A stretch of 49,055 nucleotides of DNA, the filler included, from Basidiobolus ranarum (Eukaryota): NCBI GenBank assembly GCA_040143965.1. It is 2 parts of 2 records of this genome, joined end to end, with 100 filler letters (N's around TTAATTAATTAA, not from the genome) between each part and the next. Parts side by side here need not be neighbours in the genome. Positions count along the whole stretch, not along the records: positions 24,597 to 49,055 come from JASJQH010007028.1; 1 more part is not named here. One strand, written 5' to 3'. Numbering within the stretch: position 1 is the stretch's first letter; each line of letters opens with the position of its first letter. A model generated the notes under the pieces. It was not told where the DNA came from, searched no databases, and was given only the letters and a program-made list of their open reading frames with translations. Shown here in pieces: positions 24,597 through 35,419 of the stretch. Both the position numbers and the translations under genes were made by a program.

Positions 24597-27500
24597 AAAA
24601 TATTCTAAGTAAATTCCAATTGAGAATAATTGATAATATCTTAGTGAATTATAAGATAACTAAGTACTAAGCTATATATGACTATATAGGTGTTTAGGCA
24701 ATGCTAATTTCAACAACTATTAGCTTTATGGTGAGTACTTTGGTAGTGGATCAATGATCTATATATGGGTGATTTCATAGAAATATTAAGATAAGGTATC
24801 AATGATATGTATGCCAAATGAGAAAATTTGTATCTCATTTGGTAACTGCCAACTATGTGCAAACAGCACATGACTTCAGGTTCTTCAGATCACTGGTGAA
24901 AGGCAAGCAATCATTTGAACACTAAGGTAGTTTAATTTTTCAAGGATTATAAGTCATATGATTGACTAGTGTTTTGTACTTGTACCAGGTCTGTGGCAAG
25001 CAACTGTGGTAAAAGTGTAAGAACACCAATAAACACATGGTTGCTAAAATTGGATTGAATTCTCCACTCTTCAATAATTAAATCTGCTTCCTTTACTATA
25101 AGTGTTATGAGTGGACTAATGCTTGCTAATAACAAAGAGCCTATAGCAAAACTGCTGCCTTGCTTATGATCATCTTCTGATATGCTGCCATCAGTGCTGG
25201 AATAAGAGAGGGCAATATCTAGCAGCATGTCCTTAAGGTTTTTGTGACCTACTGGTTTGCCCAAACTTGAACTTCTACCTACATCATTCTGGTTATATAG
25301 TTGCAGTAACTCCATGGTATCTTGACTTCCAGCAGTGATACCAAGACTTAGAGGTAAAGCATAGCCTATTTACTCAATGAGCAAAACTAAAGTTGTTTTT
25401 GTGCACTTATTACTATTGACACTCACCAGGCTTTGAGCAGATGATGGCTTTGTATGGTGTTCTTGCTAGTTATTATTTTTCTATGAAGCCTCCAGCTTTC
25501 ATAGCATAAGAATTTGAGAAAATAATTGCAGGGCTTCCTGAATGCTTGTGTTTTTGCATGAGAAAGATGTTATAGAAACCAAATTACCCACTACATAAGG
25601 ATGGCATTTTATATATATCCCATCAATATCATCAGCTGATTCTAACATGGTGTCACAGGTAAGTTGTCAGACAAGTTCCAAGATATTTCAGGCAATGGAT
25701 AGCAATTGTGACTTATTAAAAGTTATTTGTAAGCAATTTCATTAGGCCAGGTTTACCATTGGAATATTGTGATGCCATTGATAAAGTATTCAAAATCTAA
25801 ATTAAAATTGGCAGGAAAGAAAAAAGCCAGCAAAAATAGAAGACTTAACTGATGAACAGCCTGGCAATCCACTATCTGATTTGGAAGGCAGTAACATGCC
25901 AGGAACTAACTCAAGTAACAATGAAGCATTAATCAATTTACCAGATATGTCCCTTTCAAGTGATAGTGCAAGTGAAGAGATTACAATGCTCATATTATGT
26001 AGCAAATTAACAGTCAAGCAAAATTCAACAGAAACACCATCCAAACTATCAACTTCCAAAATGCCTACTTGGCCAACTATTGAACACCCCTCCATAAACA
26101 ATTTGGATAGAATCATTACAACATGGGAATCCTGGGCAGAACACCATATTGATTTGTATGTAATCATAAGTAAGAACTACAAAGTTACTATACAGGCCAT
26201 GACAAGCAATTACACAGCAATATTGCAGTTAATGTAGCATTCTGAAGCAACTAGTCATCAGTTAGAGAGTCACTCAATAATGAATCAGCACCTTCAGAAT
26301 GCTGTACTTGAGCTACAGCAACATGCTGCTTTCTCTGTCCATTCTGATATGTAATTTCCATCAATCCCACACCATGCATATGCACATCACTATGACAATT
26401 TAGCAAAGCAGAATATGTGTCTGAGCATTGAGCCTACACAACAACCCAAAATTGCTTGGCATGTGAAAATAGAGATCTCATAGGAAAACCAGCAAACCAA
26501 AAGACACTTAATGTTGGAGCTGCTGTTGCTTGCTCTAATAAATGGTTCAAAATTTTGGAAACTGTATTGAGTCTTGGCCAACAGCACCTCAACTGGAGCC
26601 AATTGTGGAAATACCAAAGACCAGGCATTACTCAGAAGGTTCTTGACTTATTTGATGTGGCTTATCCTTGGTTTTTGCAAGCAAATGTCCATTGGGCTAT
26701 TATAGGCCTATTGATGAAATATCTCAAAAATATATTCAATCATTGACTTGGAATGGAAGGAAAAGCAGCTAAAGATGTACTCAAGGAGTAGGAAGTTAGT
26801 AAACCCTAGGGAAAAGCAAACAAGCCTGTGATTTTAGGCTCTACTGGCTCACTTACCAAATTCTCCACACTATCACAAAGATCTGTATTTCCAGAGTCAG
26901 ATATACCAGCAGATATACAGGCAAAAAAGCTTAATTTTACCATGCAACCAAGTATACCAGTTGGAAGAGTGCAAAAGTTGGAAGTTTATCCAACACCTGG
27001 CACATCTCAACAAGCTAAAACACTAGCAAATAAAACTCATAGCTCTCTAACCTTAACTGCTACATTTCAAAGTGTTGATCTTAGCCCCAAACTTAAAGGC
27101 AAGTAAAAAGCTGCCCAAACACTGCAAAGCATACTTAGTAGTGCTATACTACAAGGATATGGAAAAACAATAAAAGTGCTCTAGGTGTGTTTTCAAAAGT
27201 ATGAAGGGAAAAATGGAGTGCACACATGCAGAAAGTGACTTCATAAGCAGAACACTCAACTTGACATTCAGTCTGGTGTTGACCATGCACATATCTGGGA
27301 ACAACTTAATACAGAGTGGCAGAATTTCATAGGATATCCACCAGATAGGTAGCAGAATGTTGATTCAGCAATATCAATATAATGGTAGGCTTTGTGGATA
27401 CATTTATACGAACTCATGTTGGATATGAGCTGAACCTTGGGTATGAAGAACTCTATAGAAGTATACAGAAGAATATATTAAAGAAACTAGGGATTTTGAA

Positions 27501-28300
27501 AGTGATAAATTAATGTTCAAGTGGTAAATGTGTAAAATTTTAGTTATGTTTTTCACACATGTGTTGATCCATAGTTTTCAGAGATTGCATCCAATCATGT
27601 GCATCTATTTTGCAACATCTTGAAATTTCACTCCTTTAACTGAAAAAATTGATTAAAATCAAATCAAACTTGACAATTTCATCATGGTAAGTAAATGCTT
27701 AATCCTAAATGGATTAAAATTGTGATAGTTTTCTTACAATAACAATCCTCAAATTTCTGTTAGGGTAAGTGGAGGTAATAAGAAATACTTGTTATATAGA
27801 TATAGAGATATTCCTAATTTGAATATAGGGGCCATGGATATGTTGCTTTCTGTTTCTGATACATGTATCATAACTAAGGTTATCCAAGAAGTTGAATAAA
27901 GATTAATTATCCAATATATACCCAAAAGTACTTCTAAATGTGCCTAGTGAAGCAGTAATGTCAGTAGATGATAATTCAGTGTGGCTGTTTGAAGAATCTT
28001 GATGTAGCTTCAAATGTTGAAACAGAACTTAAAGAGACCATTATGCAGTCAATGAGCAGCAAAAATATTTGAATGTGTTCATGCTATAATGTATGAAGGG
28101 CTTGTTGACGATTAACAAAGTATCAAGTGTCAAGTTGATTTATGCCCCATGGCCCCAATCCTCCAAACATCAATAGAATTCACACTAGCTACAGATGCTG
28201 GGTATTACAACTGTTGAAACACTTTATATTAGAATATTTTTGCATTTCCCAGATTATTACTTACCAGCATTTATTATACTAAAGTTGACTAGAATAGCTC
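24597..28300. mobile_element. Decayed repeat/transposon-derived region, family unresolved
   Basis: Begins with a copy of the 226-345 repeat. CpG nearly absent and TpG/CpA abundant. Only broken ORF fragments. Confidence 0.6.
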
Positions 28301-29097
28301 AAATAATCTATATCTAACTGGCTCTTGAATGGAGTGGAACTCTAGGGTGAGTATCACATGTCATTGAATATAACAAGTGCGGAAGAGTTCTGCAGGTTTG
28401 AGGGTAAGAGCAATGGTCAAAAGTGATATTATGTGACGAAATTCATCATGCTTGCATTCCATATGTCATCAGTAGTAAATAGAGTCGGACATGTGAAAGG
28501 ATTTTTGGTACGGTATAGATGCTATATTATCTAGGTTTTATGATATGCTCACCTGGAATCAACTGCAAATATGGATTTCATCACCGTAAAACTTGGATGC
28601 AGATTACTAATTGGTACGATTCAGGAAAATTAGCCTAAGATTATTTATCTAGGATTCTACTAGTGAGATAGTATATGGATCCATCGATGTCAATGATTAC
28701 AATGCAGAATACTCTTGGCTTTATATCGATAATGAAGTGCTTTCTAGAGTTTAAGGTTTAGGGGCGAAGGGTCGGAGTGGGGGTGGGGTGGGTGAGGAGA
28801 GAGGGGAAAGGGGAGGGGAATAATAAGGGTTATCAGCTAGTGTAAATCTCATTGGACTATTCTTAAATATGTATTGAACTAATTATTCAGTTTCATGTCC
28901 AATCATCAAGTCTCCTTTTTCACTTGTGTTAGCCCCAATTAAGTTGGTGGAGCGTGCAGGTTACGCTTTTCCAACCACTATAAATCTCCAGTTCATGTCG
29001 AGTTACGCGCCAATATCACGACAAATCAGGGAACTTTTCACCACTTTTACTCTTTTCCCTTTCATCCCTCCTTCCTCCCCCCAAGAACTTTCCAAGG

Positions 29098-29622
29098 ATG
29101 GTTTCAAATACTAGCACAAATGACAATCGAGAGTGGATTGTTTGTAATGTACCTGGAGTACGTGTTCTATTGGAGTTGATTTTATTCACACTGAGAGTGG
29201 TCCGAGGCTTTTGTCAGCAATTGAGTGGGTATTGGTCGGGTTTGAGTGCGGAGAACCCCGCGTTGACTTCCACCCACCATTCCAGTTACTCTTCGTTCGA
29301 TTCATCCTCGTCGGACACCCCTTTGCACACCCAAATTACAATGGAAAGGCAGACTCCTATCAATGTTAAGCCCATGCTGGAGAAGCGGCCTAGCAATATT
29401 TCATATTTATCTTATGCACCATCGGTGTGGTCATTGGATAATCGAATTTTAGGTCAACTCAGTCAGTTGGAGCAGGCGCAATCCTATTTATTCCGGTCAA
29501 TAAATATTCTCATAGATAGTCAAGAGGAGTTAGACGAGGTGGAAGTGTTCGTGGACGCACTCAGCTGGGAAAGTGATCTATCGGATATCTCCAAGTTGAA
29601 TCATGCCCCGCTGAGCACTTGA
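29098..29622 (+). CDS. Hypothetical 174-aa protein with a C-terminal FFAT-like motif
   Basis: Uninterrupted ATG ORF with normal CpG content, a pyrimidine-rich leader and a 3' AATAAA-like region. No family recognised. Confidence 0.55.
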   Translation: MVSNTSTNDNREWIVCNVPGVRVLLELILFTLRVVRGFCQQLSGYWSGLSAENPALTSTHHSSYSSFDSSSSDTPLHTQITMERQTPINVKPMLEKRPSNISYLSYAPSVWSLDNRILGQLSQLEQAQSYLFRSINILIDSQEELDEVEVFVDALSWESDLSDISKLNHAPLST

Positions 29623-30077
29623 GCCTATCTTTCATGCTACTAATGTTTATTTCTTTTTTGTACAGATCTATTTGCTTTGTATTGAAACAAAGTTACTAAT
29701 CCTTTGCCTCCCACCACCTGAAGATATACATACTTGAAACTTTCATCGAACATACATTTTGCCCATTCTGCCTTCACTCGGTCGTCACTATCACCACCAC
29801 CGTCTCCGTTACAAATCCACATCATTTATTCCAAATGTCATCTGTAATAAATTGGATGTATCCAATGTACCAAACCATTCCCTTAGATAGCTTATCCTTC
29901 GGTCAGACTTTAATGGGAAACGAAATTGACAGTTATATTACAAGTTTAGATGGTCATGGAATATTCAGTAACCGAATATACCATTCCACATTGAGTAATC
30001 GAATACAGTGATCCACATTGCGAAATTAGAATACAATTAAATAGGGAAAAGGACCAACGAAAGGTCTCTATAAAGCT

Positions 30078-30981
30078 TCAAGAGATGCGCCTTAATACTG
30101 CTATTAGGCCATCACATGATCCAGTAATGGTTAATGAAACATGAATGGTCCCAAGATCTGAAGATAGAAATCGAAACTTGGTTTGACCAAAGCAGGAGGT
30201 GGACTTTACTCGATCAATTTCTTGTATCACTTCGTTCATATCTTGTGGGTGTATATACGAGACAAACGAGCTCCCTGTACATTTCGATGGATCGATGCCG
30301 AGAATGAACGATGCTGGCACCGAGCAATACATAATGGTAAGTTTACGTGTAAACCTATTTAGTACCATACACACTCGAGGCTCAAGCTTTATCGGCGCCA
30401 ACGGTAAATCGGCTTCTTGTAATTCCGAGGCTGAAGAACCTTGAACCTAGGGAAATAACATGGTAAATAAAATCGTCCAAAAGTAAAGCAAAACATTAAA
30501 CTATAATATCACCTTCCAGGCACCTTTGAACTGTCCATTCGGATGGTCATCAATGTATACAACGTTCTCAGCTTTTGCTGCACGTGCTTAAAAAGTAAAG
30601 CCACCTTTAGTAATAAATCAAAAAAAGGAATCTACTTCCAATGAAAGAACAACCTTTAGATTGGTGATTTTTAGGATCGGTTTCGCTAATCACAGTCGTT
30701 ATCATGTTATAACAGCAATTTGCTGCTGCTTCGATGGTAATGAGTTTCTTATCTTTAGTACGACTATGTCCATAGAGTAACGAATAGATGGAGTCGTTTA
30801 TCTCCTGATATAGTATAAAAGTGTGCATGCCAGGGATCTCTTCCTCTGGGATTAGACAAAACCCATTCTTTCCGATCAATTCATCTGGTGTATACCCAAG
30901 TACATCGTAAACACTATCTGATAAGTAAAGGATTTTGCGTTGCGGCGATAGGTCATAGATGGCAATAAAGTTCTTCTCCAT
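30078..30981 (-). CDS. Double-PAS-domain protein, 3 exons, no output domain
   Basis: PAS1 ILYLSDSVYDVLGYTPDELIG. PAS2 EPRVCMVLNRFT..IMYCS...SFVSYIHPQD...SCDGLIAVLR. GT-AG introns link the two ORF pieces through a short middle exon. Confidence 0.8.
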
Positions 30982-31120
30982 GGACAAAAAGGATTTCCAC
31001 TTCAAAGATGACAACGATTCGGATGGAGCTGGATATATATGAATAATTCGTGCTTTTATTTATAACTTCCTCACCCCAAACAAGACTAAATGATCGCTGT
31101 GGATCTTAATAATTGAATTA

Positions 31121-31168
31121 TCCTGACTCTGACTCTGGCCCTGATCTTGATCCTGACCCTGAATCCTG
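31121..31168. repeat. Degenerate hexamer tandem repeat (CTGAYY-like)
   Basis: tcctgactctgactctggccctgatcttgatcctgaccctgaatcctg, upstream of the PAS gene. Confidence 0.6.
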
Positions 31169-31425
31169 TTAAGCAATAGGTCCAAAAGTGCAAGCCTTCT
31201 TCGTTACTGAGAACGACCATTTCTGCCTGCACAGATCAATTGTTCTGATTGACCATATATTGACCATACATTGTTAACATATTGAGCGTGAATGAGATAA
31301 GCAACGAATTTAGCGATCATCCCAATTGGCTGGTGCATGTTAACGCTGAAGCTTACTTGTGAGGCTTTGAAACTTGTCAACGAATAACTAACTAAAATCA
31401 GTGGGCTTTATTTATAGGGATTGAT

Positions 31426-32303
31426 TTATTGGAGATAGTCTTTAATTTCTTCGTCATAACGAAGTCTATCTGCAGCAGCGCGTTCCTCATATGCCTACGT
31501 AGATTTCAAGGGAGAGAGATCAATGACTATTTCCGCAATACAATAATAATAATGCCAAACATTACCTTTCTATCAGAAGTGGATACTTGTCGCCATTCTG
31601 CTGCGATCTTCTTAAAAGCATCGTTTCTATCACCATCCTTATAGAAGGGATATCTCTCTTTGAGAAAATAAATATATGCGGTAGTGGATCTTTTAGGTGC
31701 GTTAGGGTCCTTAATTTTTGGGAAATTCTTTCCCGAGGCTCTAGCCCGCTTACGAACGTGTGCTAACTTGGCATAATCGTTGGGCGTGAGTGATTTCAAG
31801 TATTGTTCATACTTCAGCTCATATTCCCTTTTACTTTTTTCGGCCGCTTCTTCATATGGCTATTCATTTGGAGGGATATGCGAGTTTCAACAGTTAAAAT
31901 TCTGCTTTCAATCAATTCCATCGACTAATTTACTTTCTGAACTTGCCTGCTTTTCGCTATCTGATAGTTCGCGCCATTTCTGGCCAATCAACTTCGAACA
32001 CTCAGCTGCCTTAGTCTTCATTTCAGGAGAAAAAGTAGTGTACATGTCGTTATGGAATCTTAGGAAAGATGAAGCAGGTCTTCTGGGAGGAATTAATTTA
32101 TCTAGTTAAAAGAAAAATGAAATTATTGAGCTTATTACGTTCCACTGGTTTATCTTTGAAATTTTCACCAAAATAGAGTAGCTAAAATAAATACCATCCA
32201 ATTGCTTGATAATCTTCACCGAAGAAACATAACCACGTTGAAGTATTTGAACAGAGTTTGTCAAGATGTTATTAGTTCTAACGAGGCTAGATATATGGAA
32301 CAT
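31426..32303 (-). CDS. Two-HMG-box protein with probable mitochondrial presequence (TFAM/Abf2-like), 4 exons
   Basis: Basic, non-acidic N-terminus. Box1 PPRRPASSFLRF..IGQKWRELSDSEKQ|PYEE. Box2 DPNAPKRSTTAYIYF..AAEWRQVS..AYEERAAADRLRY. Confidence 0.85.
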
Positions 32304-32695
32304 GATATGGAAATACGCGTTTCAAAATCGAGTTTACAGTGGTCGTCGGTGTTAATGAAGAATATAAAAAACTTGGGTGCACTTGAGAAACCTCAGAGTT
32401 GAACCAATCCTCAAATAATGCTCAGGTGTTTCACCGGGGCATGAAATTATCCATACTTTTCTTAAATATCGTATTTTCATGCATCATTCCAATGATTTCT
32501 TTTTTTTTTACTCCTAATTTATCCATATTTATGCTATAGGTCATCACGTGAGAGTAGTATTGCTAATATGATTTTGGAAAATGCTAAAGAAATTGACTAT
32601 GAAATCACGGGATCACTGGGGAAATTCATTCAACATGTTTAGATATTAATTATCAGTCTTAGGGTTAGGATTAGGATTTATTCAAATTGTCAACA

Positions 32696-34506
32696 ATGGA
32701 AAATGAATACGAAAACGGTCCTACAGAAGAGGACGAATATATTAAAGAAAAAAAGATTGAACAAAGATGGGCAGAACCTGGTGAACCCATATGTATCATA
32801 TGCGGTAGATACGGTGAATATGTTTGTGATCAAACTGAACACGACGTTTGCAGGTAAAATTTAGCCACCCTAATATTGGATACTTGTATCATTTGTTGAC
32901 TTTAGAGAAACTAACCAAGAATCCATTTTGCTTTCTCTCTGGCCTTTTTACACAAATTTCGATAAATTTAGTATTGAATGTAAACTTGACGACATTGAAA
33001 ACTTCAAAACTTCCAACTGTGTAAAAATCCCTTTGGATAAGATACCACCACCACCGACTTTACCCGTATTATCCTCAGCTAATATAGAAACAGGTTTATT
33101 ACACGCTTCTTTGACAGCTTACACTGGTCATTCCGATGTAGAAACATTATCAGAAACTCAAGTAAACAATATTCGTAGAGAACTAGATATTCGAGTGAAA
33201 GGAAGAAACCTTCCTAAACCTATTATACACTTTTCTCAAGCCGGTCTCGCCAGTAAATTACAGTATAATTTGGAGAGATATGGTTACACCTCTCCTACAC
33301 CTATTCAAATGCAGAGTATACCATGCATTTTAGAAGGTAGAGATGTATTAGGTAGTGCACCAACTGGTTCCGGAAAGACAGGGGCTTATTTAATTCCCAC
33401 TATTGCCCACGCATATTCGTTATCCAAGTATTATCAAGGTGCGCGTGGTCCTTACGCAATCATACTTAACCCTACAAGAGAGCTCTGTATACAAATCGAG
33501 GAACAAACTAAACAACTAATCGAAGGCTTGGAGAATATGAAGACGGCGTTAATTGTCGGTGGATTACCAATGCCGTCACAAATCCATCGTTTGAAGCAAG
33601 GAGTTCAACTGGTGATCGCAACACCAGGGAGATTACTGGAGATTATCTCCACTCACGAGGAGCTGTTTGAGAACATCAAGATCTTGGTCATGGACGAAGT
33701 AGATTCAATGTTTAAAATGGGCTTTGAGTATCAAGTTAAACAGATCCTTGAAATGATAACCCAACAACCGAAGCAAACCCTCATGTTCTCAGCAACCATA
33801 CCGAGCAATATCGAACGAATCACTAAAACGTCTCTCAATTCGAATTCAGTCCAGATCAACGTAGGTAAACCTAGGATGCCAAATGAATCGGTTAAACAGA
33901 CCTTCATGTGGGTGGAGAATGCGTCCAAGAAAAAGCAATTGTTTTCTATCTTGAATGATCCTAAATACTTCAGACCTCCAGTAATTATCTTTGTCGACTC
34001 TAAAATCGGTGCCGACCTGTTGGCCCAAGCAATCTACAAGAAATGCAACCTAAATACAGTCGCAATTCATTCCGATAAGACACAGGAGGAACGAACATCC
34101 AATTTGAAAGGATTTCTTCAAGGGGAATACCCAGTGCTGGTCTCTACGGGGGTGTTGGGTAGAGGCGTGGATCTGGTCGACGTTACCCAAGTCATCAACT
34201 TCGATATGGCCACCACTGTTGATGAATACATTCATCAGATTGGACGTGCTGGAAGATTGGGTGTCCCTGGCTGGTCAATCACCTTCATTAACGAGGTACG
34301 TTCCTCACTAATCATTATCACTAATAGTGACTAACTTGTTATGGCTTTAGGATCATAAACATCTGTTCAGAGAGCTCTTGGAGGTATTAAAGCCTTTGCC
34401 CTCAAAGCAACTTACCCCGCTCCCTCCTCAGCTGCTAAATTCCCGATACTCCCAGGGAATCGACAGTCGAGATTCGAAACATAGAAAGAAGAGGAGATTC
34501 CAGTGA
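32696..34506 (+). CDS. DDX59: DEAD-box RNA helicase with N-terminal HIT zinc finger (DDX59/RH41-like), 3 exons
   Basis: QRWAEPGEPICIICGRYGEYVCDQTEHDVC|SIECK, Q motif PTPIQMQ, APTGSGKT, DEVD, SAT, HQIGRAGR. Confidence 0.9.
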
Positions 34507-34702
34507 TGTATATATACGCATGTATGCATTTGTAATTTATATGCGCTTAGATTAGCTCACATGTATGCTAGATATTCGTGTTGATTTATTAAACAAATCC
34601 AAACTTAATTGACGAGGCTACTGTAGAGGGATGGATCGTGTAAGATAAATCGGACTTATATTACAAAGACAAGAGATATTCTCTTCCAGAATAATTAGTT
34701 GA

Positions 34703-35184
34703 TTAGACTCTAGGTCGACCATTAGGATATTTTAGTTGATAGTCTTTCTCTCGTTTGAATAAGAGTATATGTGGCTCTGGTGCTGAAAACAAAGAGAAAA
34801 TTTAGAAAGGAAACTATTCGGAAATGAAATGAGTTACTATTTACCATGTATCAAGTAATGTTCCCAACCAGGTGATTGTACCACACCTAAACCTCTCCAT
34901 TCGTGTTCGGGCATTAGCCGAGTGGTGGGTACGTATTTTGCAAGTGGTTTAGGTAGTGTGACATGTCTAAATGAAGAAACTAGTTTAGAAGAACCGAATC
35001 GCTTCCACAACAAAAGTAAGAAGTAGTAAAGTTACCGATATTCAAACTCATCATCACTGTATCGATCAGAATAATAAATCTGGTCTTGATATTTGTCAAT
35101 ATCATGTGCCTTTTGTCTCTCATCGATGATCTCCTCTTCTTCTGAGTAATCTGAGTACTCTTCGACTTCAGTTGGAACGGTCAT
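34703..35184 (-). CDS. CKS1: Cyclin-dependent kinase regulatory subunit Cks1/Suc1, 3 exons
   Basis: Manual splice: [51 protein letters not shown]. Missed by the ORF track. Confidence 0.95.
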
Positions 35185-35419
35185 GCTCAAGAATTAGCGC
35201 TACTAGTAAAAAAAGGTAAAAAGGAATAACTTGAGGCGCCAATGTAATATATGAAATTAATTCTCACTTGGAGCTCAACCTCTACAGTTTACCTTAGGTA
35301 AGATAAACATAAACAAATCAATTCGGCCATGGTTTCCTCTTCAACCATTGGCCCACTCAAGGGCTAATCCAATAATTTATTATTTACACGAAATGATTAA
35401 TTTGTTTATTTAGTGACAT

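Noticed and set aside
24947-27106. Several 60-120 aa ORFs as host genes
   Set aside because: They lie in CpG-depleted, Arg-poor, stop-riddled DNA and are best read as decayed repeat sequence. No family identified.
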